The notes under the pieces: generated by a model | What the model was told of the DNA's origin: nothing | Databases searched by the model: none | What the model saw: only the letters and a program-made list of their open reading frames with translations | Part shown: positions 46,023 to 55,629 of the stretch, one piece after another | Numbering within the stretch: position 1 is the stretch's first letter | Layout of the letters: every line of letters begins with the position of its first letter | NCBI GenBank assembly: GCA_963667175.2 | Contig: CAXXXF010000003.1 | Coordinates: 288,001-352,000, forward strand | Direction: 5' to 3' | Origin: Candidatus Latescibacterota bacterium | Lineage (GTDB): Bacteria; Latescibacterota; UBA2968; GCA-2709665 | DNA length: 64,000 bases | Made by a program: the position numbers and the translations under genes

Positions 46023-46667
46023 ATGGACACATTGCAACTGGCGGCGCCCAACAACGCCTTCGTCCTGTTCAACGGCAGGGACCTCAGCAACTGGACCTCC
46101 TTCGACGGCGGCGAACCCGGCTGGTCCGTTGAAGACGGCATCCTGCAGGTCGTGCCCCGCTCCGGGAATATCGTGCATACCGAGCCCCTGACCGATTTCT
46201 ACCTGCACCTGGAATTCCGATGCCCGGACATGCCCGAGGCCACGGGACAGGCCAAGGGAAACAGCGGCGTCTTTCTCCACGGACTCTACGAGATCCAGGT
46301 CCTGGATTCATCGGGGGTCGACGTTCCGGGCACCGGCGATTGCGGCGCTTTCTACGACCAGTCGGCGCCCCTCGTCAATGCATGCAAAGCGGCCTTGGAA
46401 TGGCAGACCTACGACGTCTCGTTCCGAGCGCCGCGACTGAACGAAAAAGGCGAGTTGGCCGAACACGCCCGTGCCACCGTTCTTCAGAACGGTATCGTGA
46501 TCCAGAACAACGTACAGATTTCAGGCCCGACAGGTTCGGCTTCGAAAAAGCCGGTGGAAACCTCCGGTCCGCTGCTCCTCCAGGACCACGGAGACAGCGT
46601 CGCTTACAGGAACATCTGGGCCGTGCCGCTTCCGCTCGAGGGATCGGACACCTACGAACCGCGGTAG
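46023..46667 (+). CDS. DUF1080 (3-keto-disaccharide hydrolase-like) protein
   Basis: LFNGRDLSNW, DFYLHLEF, GNSGVF, YEIQVLDS, LLQDHG..VAYRNIW. Confidence 0.9.
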   Translation: MDTLQLAAPNNAFVLFNGRDLSNWTSFDGGEPGWSVEDGILQVVPRSGNIVHTEPLTDFYLHLEFRCPDMPEATGQAKGNSGVFLHGLYEIQVLDSSGVDVPGTGDCGAFYDQSAPLVNACKAALEWQTYDVSFRAPRLNEKGELAEHARATVLQNGIVIQNNVQISGPTGSASKKPVETSGPLLLQDHGDSVAYRNIWAVPLPLEGSDTYEPR

Positions 46668-46716
46668 CCATCGCGTCGGGGTTCGAAGAAAACCTGCGGA
46701 TTCGCGCCTCGCGAAA

Positions 46717-47343
46717 TTGAATCTCCCCGCTCCCAAAGACGATCCCATGACTGACACCATCGAACTGAGCAGTCTGGAGACGGACCCCTGCCTGCTCAGG
46801 TTCGCGCTCAACGGAAGCGGCGTCGACGGGCCCTCCTTCGATGCCTGGAAGAGGGCCCGATCGTTCATCGCCTCCGAGTTCCACCGGTCCGGAACCCTGC
46901 TGGACGTCGGCTGCGCCAACGGCTTTCTGCTGCGGTGCCTCGCCGAGTGGACCCACCACGAACTCACGCCATACGGGATCGACGCCAGCGCGCCCAGGGT
47001 CCGAGATACAGAACGGTTCTTCCCCTCGCGAAGCGAACGGTTCGCCCGCCTTCCGGTCGAGCGGCTGGCGGAGATCGATGCTCACGGTCTTCCCGAAGCG
47101 TACGATTTCGTCTATTGGGCGGTCTGGGACAACTACCGTTTCGACAGACCCGACCGAATCGACCTCCTCGAACGCGCGTTAGAGAGCGTAAGGGACGACG
47201 GGCGGCTGATCCTGGGTTTTTACGACCGCGAACCCGAAACCATCAAAAACAAAATCGCCCAGATCAACGCACTCAACCTGGGGCATGCGGTCCACGTGGC
47301 GAATCCCGACGGCCCGCAAGTACTGCTCAGGATATCGAAATAG
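46717..47343 (+). CDS. Class I SAM-dependent methyltransferase-like protein (start may be ATG ~46748-region alternative)
   Basis: LLDVGCANGFLL, YGID, YDFV, GRLILG. Confidence 0.72.
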   Translation: MNLPAPKDDPMTDTIELSSLETDPCLLRFALNGSGVDGPSFDAWKRARSFIASEFHRSGTLLDVGCANGFLLRCLAEWTHHELTPYGIDASAPRVRDTERFFPSRSERFARLPVERLAEIDAHGLPEAYDFVYWAVWDNYRFDRPDRIDLLERALESVRDDGRLILGFYDREPETIKNKIAQINALNLGHAVHVANPDGPQVLLRISK

Positions 47344-47449
47344 CAAAGGCCGGGAGAGGCTAGACGCTAGACCAAAGACGACCCCTCCGCCCGACCCCGT
47401 TTTCGCGGTGCGTTGTTTCGGAGCGATTCTCTGATCCTGCGCCGCGACA

Positions 47450-47474
47450 CGGGCGGTTCGCGAACCGCCCCTAC
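47450..47474 (-). repeat. GTAG-type REP palindrome
   Basis: Reverse strand reads GTAG-GGGCGGTTCGCGAACCGCCC-G. Confidence 0.7.
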
Positions 47475-47588
47475 ACACGCGATAGCGGCGCTTGCATTCG
47501 CGCGGTGTTGGTTTTGAAGTTTGCTCTTCGGTTTTTTGTCTTGCTTTTGGCTGACTGCTGAGAGCTGACCGCTGATCGCTGCTTTTTT

Positions 47589-48053
47589 TCATCTCCTGAT
47601 CACATCCTCGAATTCCTGGAACATCTCGATGCTGATTCCGTCAGGGTCCAGCGCGTACATCGCGCGGGCAACCACCACCCCGTCCCGGTCCACGTCCGTG
47701 GGCGGATTGATCGACCCGAATCCCGCCGCCTTCAGTTGCGCAAACATCGCGTCCACGTCGTCCACCTCAAACGCCACGTGCGACGCGCCCAGGAACCGGT
47801 TTTCCTGAGGCCGCGCTTCGACCCGCGGATGAACGTATTGAACGAGTTCCAGGATGAACTCGTTTACGGGATGCCGCAGGATCGCGATCATCAGATGGAC
47901 CTGATCGTAGCCCAGAATCGTATCGTAGGACGGTATGTCCTTCCGCTCGGATATCCGCACGAGCTCCAGACCGAGCAGGTCCCGGTAGAACGAAACCGAA
48001 CGATCCAGGTCCGATACCGTAAATCCGTGATGGTGCCCCATGACAATGCCCAT
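47589..48053 (-). CDS. VOC/glyoxalase family protein
   Basis: HHGFTVSDLDRSVSFYRDLLG, LELVQY, HVAFEVDD, DPDGISIEM. Confidence 0.9.
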   Translation of the reverse strand: MGIVMGHHHGFTVSDLDRSVSFYRDLLGLELVRISERKDIPSYDTILGYDQVHLMIAILRHPVNEFILELVQYVHPRVEARPQENRFLGASHVAFEVDDVDAMFAQLKAAGFGSINPPTDVDRDGVVVARAMYALDPDGISIEMFQEFEDVIRR

Positions 48054-48350
48054 GTCTCTTCGCTCCCTGAAAGTCAATTAATGCCTGCGGCGCAATTGCC
48101 AAAATCGTCTGTAGTGAGCCGTCGGGCCATATCCGGTTTGGTTAATATAAAGCCTGACCCTATAATATCAAGGCCGGCTTGAGACGGCGCGGGCGGATTA
48201 CGAGCGCGAGCCCCTTGTTTTCAGGGGCGATTCAGGGAACTCCCGGCCATGTGCGGTCGTCTATATTGAACCAGCCGCGGCCGGGCCCGCTCATTCGTTG
48301 GGCCGTCTCCGGCCCGGTCCGTTCCCACACCGTTTCAAAGGAGTTGGTCC

Positions 48351-48782
48351 ATGCGCATCCGAAGCACGCTCTCCCTGGCAGCCCTTTCCGTTATCCTGAT
48401 CGCCGGCCCCGGTTTCGCGGGCGCAGTCGAGGTGCCGGGCGAAGGCGATCCGGCCCTTTACGTCGTGAAAGTACACGCCGACTGGTGCGGCGCATGCACG
48501 GCCCTGGTACCCGTCCTCGACGAGGTCCGGACGTCTCTTGCCGACAAACCCGTCCTCTTTCTCGAGCTCGACGTGACCGACGCAAAACGCGCGGCACAGT
48601 CCCGGCTGCTGGCCGCCGCTCTCGGTTTCGAAGCGCCGTTCAAAGCCAACAACAAGACAGGCCTCGTACTGCTCATCGATCCTGCCAAGAAGGCGGTCGT
48701 GGAAACCCTCACGCGCAAGAATCCCGCGCAGGAGATGACCGGCAAGATCAAGGCGCACATCGCCATGGACGGGAAATCCTGA
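48351..48782 (+). CDS. Secreted thioredoxin-domain protein
   Basis: aaggag RBS, signal peptide, HADWCGAC. Confidence 0.85.
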   Translation: MRIRSTLSLAALSVILIAGPGFAGAVEVPGEGDPALYVVKVHADWCGACTALVPVLDEVRTSLADKPVLFLELDVTDAKRAAQSRLLAAALGFEAPFKANNKTGLVLLIDPAKKAVVETLTRKNPAQEMTGKIKAHIAMDGKS

Positions 48783-48846
48783 GCATCGAGGGGCTGTGCG
48801 GCGAGGGGAGACGGGCGCGTCCACTTGGCTGCTAAGGAGAGACCGG

Positions 48847-49914
48847 ATGACCATTAAAGACATCACCGCGACCAGCGTCAGCATCCCCTATGCCGCGCCG
48901 GTCGGTCCGTACGTCGGCCGGGGCGCCGGCGGCGGTACGCTGGGCGCAACCGGTCTGATTGTCAGGATCGAGTCCGATACGGGGCACGTGGGCTGGGGCG
49001 AAGGTACCGGCGGCTTCGAGACAGACCCGAACGCGATCCTTGCAGGCAGCCACGTTTCCGACGTCGAAAAGGCGATCGGAATCCTGGAAGACGCGGGCAT
49101 CCCAAGGGGCCCGGTGTCCGGCGTCGAAATGGCGCTCTGGGACCTCCTTGGCAAACACGCCGGGCTGCCCGTGTGCCGCCTGATGGGCGGTATTGTGCGC
49201 ACCGAAGTCGACTTCACCGCATGCATGGGCCTGAAGGAACCCGGGCAGTCCGCCGCCACCGCCCGGGAGTACATCGACCGGTGGGGATTCCGTTTCATCA
49301 AGACGAAAGCCGGCAACGACCCCTCGCAGGACCTGGCCATTGCCGAAGCGGCCTGTAAGGAGATCGGCGGCGAAGCCGTATTCCGCCCGGATGCGAACGG
49401 CGGTTACCCGCAGGAAGAGACGATGGATATCATGCAGAAGATGGCGGACCTGGGCGTCACGCACTTCGAAGACCCATGCCACACCGAGCACGTGGAAACG
49501 CTCGCGCGGGTGCGCAGCGAAATCGGCACGCACATCCTCGTCAACGGCGGCGTTGCCCTGCCGGGAAGCATCCGGCCCTTTCTGGAAGCCGGATGTGCCG
49601 ACTCCCTGATGCCGGACACCCCGGCCGCCGGCGCGATGCTTCGCGTCAGGAAGATCGCCGACGCGGCAGAACCGTGGAACGTGCCCTGCCTGATGCACTG
49701 TTCCCACGACCTGGGCCTGAAGACCGCAGCGATTACCCATATTGCCGCTTCCACGCCCAACTTCTCGGGCCCCAACGACACCTGCTACCACGGGTTGGTG
49801 GACGACGTACTGGCCGAACCCTTCACGTTTGAAAACGGGCGGCTGAAGGTCCCTCTCGGCGCGGGCCTTGGCGTGGAAGTCGACGAATCCAAGGTTGAAC
49901 GGTACCGGGTCTGA
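48847..49914 (+). CDS. Mandelate racemase/muconate lactonizing enzyme (enolase superfamily) protein
   Basis: GWGE, EMALWDLLGK..GLPV..LMGG, KTK, RPDAN, FEDP, GLGVEVD. Confidence 0.88.
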   Translation: MTIKDITATSVSIPYAAPVGPYVGRGAGGGTLGATGLIVRIESDTGHVGWGEGTGGFETDPNAILAGSHVSDVEKAIGILEDAGIPRGPVSGVEMALWDLLGKHAGLPVCRLMGGIVRTEVDFTACMGLKEPGQSAATAREYIDRWGFRFIKTKAGNDPSQDLAIAEAACKEIGGEAVFRPDANGGYPQEETMDIMQKMADLGVTHFEDPCHTEHVETLARVRSEIGTHILVNGGVALPGSIRPFLEAGCADSLMPDTPAAGAMLRVRKIADAAEPWNVPCLMHCSHDLGLKTAAITHIAASTPNFSGPNDTCYHGLVDDVLAEPFTFENGRLKVPLGAGLGVEVDESKVERYRV

Positions 49915-49997
49915 TCCGCGGTCGACCATTCGCCGACTTTCGTCAGAGGGGGCCGGGCGCCTCCGCAGAGGATTCGATTCAAGCTGAAAGGGCTGCC

Positions 49998-50837
49998 ATG
50001 GACGCCGTCTGCGTTGACGACCGCGACTGGTCCACGCTGACCCTGGGCGAACGCATTCGCCAGATAGAACTCGACGGTTACGTCGTGCTGCCCGATCTGC
50101 TCACTCGCGGACACGTTACCGCGCTCAAAGCCGAGACCGCCAGGCTGGAGACCCGGCCGGTGGACTACAGCGTCCACCAGCAGGTCTGCCCGAATCTGCA
50201 ATTCACCGGCGGGCCCATCACCGATCTCATCGCCCATCCTCCCACCCTCGCCTTTCTGAACGAACTGTTCGGCGGGGATCCCATCTTCATGTCACACACG
50301 TATGCCCGTTCCGAACCCGGCCATCCCGGCATCAGCCTCCACACCGACGGGCAGCCCTACGGTTCTCAGATCTTCGGGTACGGCGGCAGCGTGCCGTTCA
50401 TGGTCCGGGTGCTCTATTATCTGGACGACCTCACCCGAAACGTCTCGCCCTTCCGCGTGATCCCCCGCTCCCACCTGTCCATGCACGCCGACGCGAACCC
50501 GTACAAACGCTACGAGGACCATCCCGAACAGGTGATGGTCCTCGTTGAATCCGGCAGCGCCGTTCTGATCAACCACAAGGTCTTTCACGGGAACTTCCCG
50601 AACACCGGCGCCCACGCCCGGGAAATGCTGGCCGTTGCCTACCGCCCCGCCTGGGCCGGCCCCATTGACGAAGTTCCCGCATGGGACGAGGCCGACCTCG
50701 CCGCATTGCCGGATCCCGTGCGTCCCCTCTTCGCCGATCCCAACACCCGCCACTGGGACTTCCACGGCGGCAACAAACCTGCCAATATGGCCAGCGAGGC
50801 GCCCGGCATCAATCCCAGCCGGTGGGATCGTCAGTAG
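49998..50837 (+). CDS. PhyH-family dioxygenase
   Basis: DGYVVLPDLL, LHTD, YYLDD, VIPRSH, FHG. Confidence 0.85.
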   Translation: MDAVCVDDRDWSTLTLGERIRQIELDGYVVLPDLLTRGHVTALKAETARLETRPVDYSVHQQVCPNLQFTGGPITDLIAHPPTLAFLNELFGGDPIFMSHTYARSEPGHPGISLHTDGQPYGSQIFGYGGSVPFMVRVLYYLDDLTRNVSPFRVIPRSHLSMHADANPYKRYEDHPEQVMVLVESGSAVLINHKVFHGNFPNTGAHAREMLAVAYRPAWAGPIDEVPAWDEADLAALPDPVRPLFADPNTRHWDFHGGNKPANMASEAPGINPSRWDRQ

Positions 50838-50865
50838 CGCCCCTTCAGCGGCCTCAAACCGCGGC

Positions 50866-51753
50866 TCACGTCAGCGAATTCCACTCCGCGCCGAGCGCAT
50901 CGAACTGCCCGTAAAATGCCTCCAGCACCGGGTCCGCGAGCGGCCCCTTCGTCGTCAACTCCAGATTGTGCCGGGCATGGTCGGGGTTCGTCGTCCCCAC
51001 AATGGCCGTGTCGATGGCGTCCTGCGAGAGCGTGAAACGCAATGAAAGCTCGATGGGATCCTCCGGGGCGCCATCCGGGATCTCGAGTTGCTGCGCCCGC
51101 TCCCAGTAGGCATCCGCGTATCCGTACGGCGACGCCGACTGCCCGATCGCGCCGTTCGCGATCGGCCTCTTGGCAATCACGCCCATCTCGGCCGCATGCG
51201 CCTCCGGCAGCACGTCTGCGCGCCCCTTCTGATCCACCAGGTTGAACGACGTCTGCAGCGTGCTGAACACACCCATCCGGATCGCCTCCAGCGCGTCGTC
51301 ACCGTCGCCGCTGTACCCCACGTACCGCGTCTTGCCGGCTTCCTTCGCCCGGACCACCGCCTCGACGGCCTCGCCGGCCCTGAGTACGTCCGCCGAACAC
51401 GTATGCAGCTGGACGAGGTCGACGTAATCCGTCTTCAACCGCTGCAGAGACCGGTCGATGCTCTCCTCGATGACCTCCCTCGACCACGGTTCCCCGGTGG
51501 CATCCCCGGTCACTTGGCCGCACTTGGTTGCCAGTACGTATTCGTTCCGTCGCCCGCTGATGTACCGGCCGATCAATTCCTCGCTGTTGTGGTAGCTGGC
51601 CGCCGTGTCGACCAGCGTGACCCCGTCGTCCAGCAGCCGGTTGAGGAGATCTCCCACGCGATCGGGATCCACGTCCTCCAGCCCTATCCTCGCGCCGCCG
51701 AATCCCAGGCGGGTGACTTCCATGTCCGTCCTGCCAAGCCTGCGCGTTTCCAT
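50866..51753 (-). CDS. Aldo/keto reductase
   Basis: ggagg RBS. RRLGRTDMEVTRLGFG, DTAASY..SEELIG, ATKCG, SLQRLKTDYVDLVQLH, IVGTTN. Confidence 0.9.
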   Translation of the reverse strand: METRRLGRTDMEVTRLGFGGARIGLEDVDPDRVGDLLNRLLDDGVTLVDTAASYHNSEELIGRYISGRRNEYVLATKCGQVTGDATGEPWSREVIEESIDRSLQRLKTDYVDLVQLHTCSADVLRAGEAVEAVVRAKEAGKTRYVGYSGDGDDALEAIRMGVFSTLQTSFNLVDQKGRADVLPEAHAAEMGVIAKRPIANGAIGQSASPYGYADAYWERAQQLEIPDGAPEDPIELSLRFTLSQDAIDTAIVGTTNPDHARHNLELTTKGPLADPVLEAFYGQFDALGAEWNSLT

Positions 51754-51877
51754 CGTGTAACCTCCATAAAAGCCGGGAGACCCAGGACGGAAGACGTAAG
51801 TGGACCGCACCGACCAATCCCGGTTTCGATTCGGGTTCTCTCTCTGGTTTCTTCTGTTTGGTTTTCGCTTTTGCCTG

Positions 51878-52175
51878 AAGCTGACTGCTGAACGCTGAGA
51901 GCTGACGGCTGATTTTGGGGAGACGTTAGACGGCCGCACCCTCCGACCCCCGGTTCCCCGATGTGTTGCATGCAAGGGTTCTGCTGTTTTGCTTTATGCT
52001 GATAGCCGAATGCTGACCGCTGCGCATTTTGATTGCTGATTGCTGGTTTGTCTTTCTTTGTGTCTTCGTGTCTTCGTGTGAGTTGATTGTCGCCCTTGCT
52101 CTGCGATGACTGCTGATCGCCGCTTGTTTTTCGATTTTGCTTCAAGCTGATAGCCGAATGCTGAACGCTGACAGC
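51878..52175. repeat. Cluster of degenerate heptamer tracts (minus-strand cagcNNt) and a gtgtcttc octamer repeat
   Basis: gctgact-gctgaac-gctgaga-gctgacg-gctgat; gctgata-gccgaat-gctgacc; tctttgtgtcttcgtgtcttcgtgtgag. Confidence 0.75.
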
Positions 52176-52396
52176 TTTTTTCTTGACCGTGAAGATAAGG
52201 TCAGCAACAGGAAAGCGCAAGAGGTTACCCTGTAATCCCGTTTTGGGTTGACAGAAATGCCCGGCTGGTTTAGGTTTGAATATTGCAACGCACGAAGCCT
52301 GAAGTCTCAACAAACCGCAGGAACGGCGGGCGATTCTGTTTGACCGGGGCGGCGTTGACGCAGCCTGTAGACCCGCTTCCGAAAAGGGGAAAACCC

Positions 52397-53263
52397 ATGG
52401 AACAGACCCGGGAACGGGTGGCCTTCGACAACTACGTCGACGACGGCGGCTACACCGCGGACCTTTACGAATATCACGAGATCGATGAAGGAATCGAAAG
52501 CCTCGACGCGGTCACCGATGCGGACGTGGATTTTTTCCACCGGAACGGCTACCTGGCCGTAAGGAACGCGTTCATGAGCGCCGAGGTCGACGACATGCAG
52601 AACGGGCTCATGGATCTCATCAAGGGGAAGAATCCGGAATTCAAGGGCGTGCAGTTCGAAGTCAGCTACAAGGACAGGCTGCACACGCTGACGGACGACG
52701 AACGGTGGGACGCCGTGCGGAAACTCCAGTACTTCATGGGCTACGACCGTCGTCTGACCCGTCTGGCCGAACACCCGAAAATCCTGGACGTCATGGCACG
52801 GATCATCGGCGAGGAACCGGCGCTCTATTCGCACCAGGCCATCCTCAAACCGCCTCTGGTTGGGCGCGAAAAACCATGGCACCAGGACCACGCCTACTTC
52901 AACCTTCCGATGGGGACGACCATCGTGAGCATGTGGATTTCCCTGGATGAAGCCACACCGGAAAACGGCTGCATGCGTGTGATACCGGGCACGCATCTGC
53001 AGGGTCCCAGGGTCCATTTCAAGCGCCGCGACTGGCAGATCTGCGACACGCACGTGGTCAGAGACCGCGTCGTGGCGGTGCCGCTGGAACCGGGCGGATG
53101 CCTCATCTGGTCGGGTATGATTCATCACGGCACGCCCGCCAACACGACGCCCCACCGGCGGCGGGCCCTGCAACTCCACTATTTTCCCGCGCGCGTGGAA
53201 GCGACCACGTCGCAGGAACGCCTGGCCGTGTTCGGCAGCGAGGGAAAAGACGTCACCTGCTGA
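52397..53263 (+). CDS. PhyH-family dioxygenase (ectoine hydroxylase-like)
   Basis: KPWHQD, WISLDEATPENGCMRVIPGTH, HHGT, RRALQLHY. Confidence 0.9.
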   Translation: MEQTRERVAFDNYVDDGGYTADLYEYHEIDEGIESLDAVTDADVDFFHRNGYLAVRNAFMSAEVDDMQNGLMDLIKGKNPEFKGVQFEVSYKDRLHTLTDDERWDAVRKLQYFMGYDRRLTRLAEHPKILDVMARIIGEEPALYSHQAILKPPLVGREKPWHQDHAYFNLPMGTTIVSMWISLDEATPENGCMRVIPGTHLQGPRVHFKRRDWQICDTHVVRDRVVAVPLEPGGCLIWSGMIHHGTPANTTPHRRRALQLHYFPARVEATTSQERLAVFGSEGKDVTC

Positions 53264-53291
53264 TACCCGAACAGACCAGCAAACCACATTG

Positions 53292-53327
53292 AAAAAGCCC
53301 CGGTGAATTTCCCTCCGGGGCCTTTTT
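53292..53327 (+). terminator. Intrinsic terminator
   Basis: aaaaagccccgg...ccggggccttttt. Confidence 0.7.
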
Positions 53328-53342
53328 CGCCTTTGTCAAAAT

Positions 53343-54173
53343 ATGGACACCAAACTCCACGTCCTGATCCGAATCCTCCTCGGGGGCCTCGCGCTCTACG
53401 TCCTCTACGCCGCCGTCCTTTTCTTCGCGCAGCGCCGCTTCATCTTTCCGCGACACCTGGTCCGGACGCCGCCCACCGACCTGACGGTTGCGCCGGGTTT
53501 CGAACGCATCTGGTTGAACACGCGCGCTGGCCGAACGGAAGCCTGGCTGCTCCCGCCCAATACCGACGCGGGCCCCGCTCCGGCGGTCATCGTCGCCCAC
53601 GGCAACGCCGAACTCATCGACAACTGGGTCGACGAAACGACGGCGCTCAGACGTCTGGGATTCGCCGTCCTTCTCGTGGAATACCCCGGATACGGACGGT
53701 CCGAAGGGTCGCCGACGCAGTCCAGCGTCACCGAGGCCTTTGTGGCCGCGTACGATATGCTGGCGGCCCGGGACGATATAGACACGGGCCGGATCGTATT
53801 CCTGGGCCGTTCGCTCGGCGGGGGCGTGGTGTGCGCGCTTGCGGCCGAACGCCCGCCCGCCGCGCTGGTGCTGATTTCCACTTTCACGAGCATCAACGCC
53901 ATGGCTGCGGAGAGATTCTTCGTTCCCCCATTCCTCGCTCGCGACCCGTTCGACAATCTGAAGACACTGAGGAGCTACACCGGGCCCGCGCTCATCGCGC
54001 ACGGATCAAGAGATTCCCTGATCCCGTACAGCCAGGGCGTCGCGCTGCGCGAGGCGTCCGGGCGCGGGCGCCTCATCACCTACGAAGCGGGGCACAACAA
54101 CTGCCCGCCCGACTGGCCGGCCTTCTGGCTGGAGGTGGACCGCTTCCTTCGGGAAGAAGGCATTCTCCGGTAG
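53343..54173 (+). CDS. Membrane-anchored alpha/beta hydrolase (ABHD13/Bem46-like)
   Basis: N-terminal TM, HGNAE, EYPGYGRSEG, GRSLG, HGSRD, GHN. Confidence 0.9.
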   Translation: MDTKLHVLIRILLGGLALYVLYAAVLFFAQRRFIFPRHLVRTPPTDLTVAPGFERIWLNTRAGRTEAWLLPPNTDAGPAPAVIVAHGNAELIDNWVDETTALRRLGFAVLLVEYPGYGRSEGSPTQSSVTEAFVAAYDMLAARDDIDTGRIVFLGRSLGGGVVCALAAERPPAALVLISTFTSINAMAAERFFVPPFLARDPFDNLKTLRSYTGPALIAHGSRDSLIPYSQGVALREASGRGRLITYEAGHNNCPPDWPAFWLEVDRFLREEGILR

Positions 54174-54204
54174 GTCGCCGCGCATTGCAACGGAGAATGC
54201 CCGC

Positions 54205-54981
54205 ATGCAGGCCATCGACTTCCACAACTCCTACGTCAGCTGGCGAACGGACTGGGAGGTCCTTCCGTCCAGAACCGCCTCGCACAGACCACCCTGGACG
54301 CTGAACGACGTCCGGGTCCCGATCGACAGCTGGTGCAGGCTGACGGAAAAAGCGTCGGGCGAATCGCGTGAATTCGTCCTGGGCGCCAACTGCAAGACCG
54401 AACGCGTGGGGGTGCCAAAGGATATCTGGACGAGCCCCAACGCGGATTTCGTGCCGGTCTTCACCAACGACCGGTTTCTGATTCTGAAGACCTACGACCG
54501 GGTGGGACGGCGGGTCAGCGCGTACCCGCCGTCGCTCGGCGATCAGCCGGAACGGCAGACCGGCCTGTCCGCGGAGACGTTCGTGTACGTGCGCATCGAT
54601 ATCGCAAGGAACGAGGGACAGGTGATGGGCAACGCCGACGACGTCATCCGGGCCGTATCGGACAACGGCCAACTCGTCGCCCGCACCGAATTCGCGGACG
54701 AGCGGTATGCAGCGACCATTGACTATCCCATCCGGACGATCAACACGAACGAGCGGGACGGATTCTTCCAGACGGATACCAGCCCACTTCTGTTCCCCGA
54801 CCTGAATTGGGATCCCGATGAGTTGATTGAGGGCATGGAACTCGCGTTCGCGGCCTTTAACTCACCGGACTGGATCGAGTTTCTCGTGAGGGTTCCGACC
54901 CCGCTGACCGGCGACGTCAGCGTCTATCACTACGCCAGGTCCGTCAGACTGGACTGCGTGAACACGGTGATACGGATATAA
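54205..54981 (+). CDS. Hypothetical protein
   Basis: ggag RBS, 258-aa ORF with host-like codon usage; no motif recognised. Confidence 0.75.
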   Translation: MQAIDFHNSYVSWRTDWEVLPSRTASHRPPWTLNDVRVPIDSWCRLTEKASGESREFVLGANCKTERVGVPKDIWTSPNADFVPVFTNDRFLILKTYDRVGRRVSAYPPSLGDQPERQTGLSAETFVYVRIDIARNEGQVMGNADDVIRAVSDNGQLVARTEFADERYAATIDYPIRTINTNERDGFFQTDTSPLLFPDLNWDPDELIEGMELAFAAFNSPDWIEFLVRVPTPLTGDVSVYHYARSVRLDCVNTVIRI

Positions 54982-55239
54982 TCGTGCGAAAGACGTCTTC
55001 TGGAACAACGCGGCGGCGCTGTTCGACGTGACCGAGGATTGAACCTCCGACGGTCGAGTCGGGCGCACCAGGCGACTCTGATAGTGCGTCAGGCTTGGGC
55101 GGTCAGGAGAGACAACGGGTGGGGCGATTGTAGGGAAAATAGATCATCTATGCTGAGACCCACCACTAATTATGCAGATTTAGAATTAAATAAAGCCTGT
55201 TATGGACACATCCGGCTTTCTAGACCCGCTCTCCTGTGC

Positions 55240-55585
55240 AGGATACGACCGGATTGCATTGAGTTGACATGATCGATGTACTTGGCTATACTTCCCACAG
55301 CGTTTTTCGCACCACCAACTGTGTCGAATCTCTCAAAGAGTTTATAGAACGACGGATTTGTAATCTGAGGCTATGGAATAACTTCAACCAGCAATATCAT
55401 GAGTCGGCAACAACACGTGCATACTTGAGCCCCAATTACGGAGGACCAAAGTCTTCCGCTGAGCTTTTTGCAAATCCACAGGCGCACGCAGGCTTCTCGA
55501 CTTCACAGGACATCCAACGCGCCTTTGACGCTGACCGAACGCGTCTGCTGTTTCAAACTCAGATGGAACCTGCCCTGAAGATTTC
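55240..55585 (+). pseudogene. Degraded IS256-family transposase C-terminal remnant
   Basis: FRTTNCVESLKEFIERRICNLRLWNNFNQQ resembles the IS256 motif xTTNxxESxN...RR...V..W. Confidence 0.55.
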
Positions 55586-55629
55586 AACGTGCCAGTTATT
55601 TCCAATCCAGTGAGTTGAGGTAAGTCGTA

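Noticed and set aside
53255-53330. PhyH gene ending Cys-TGA with an open frame beyond it (possible second selenoprotein)
   Set aside because: The domain is complete, an intrinsic terminator follows, and the continuing frame is an off-frame shadow of the hydrolase gene.
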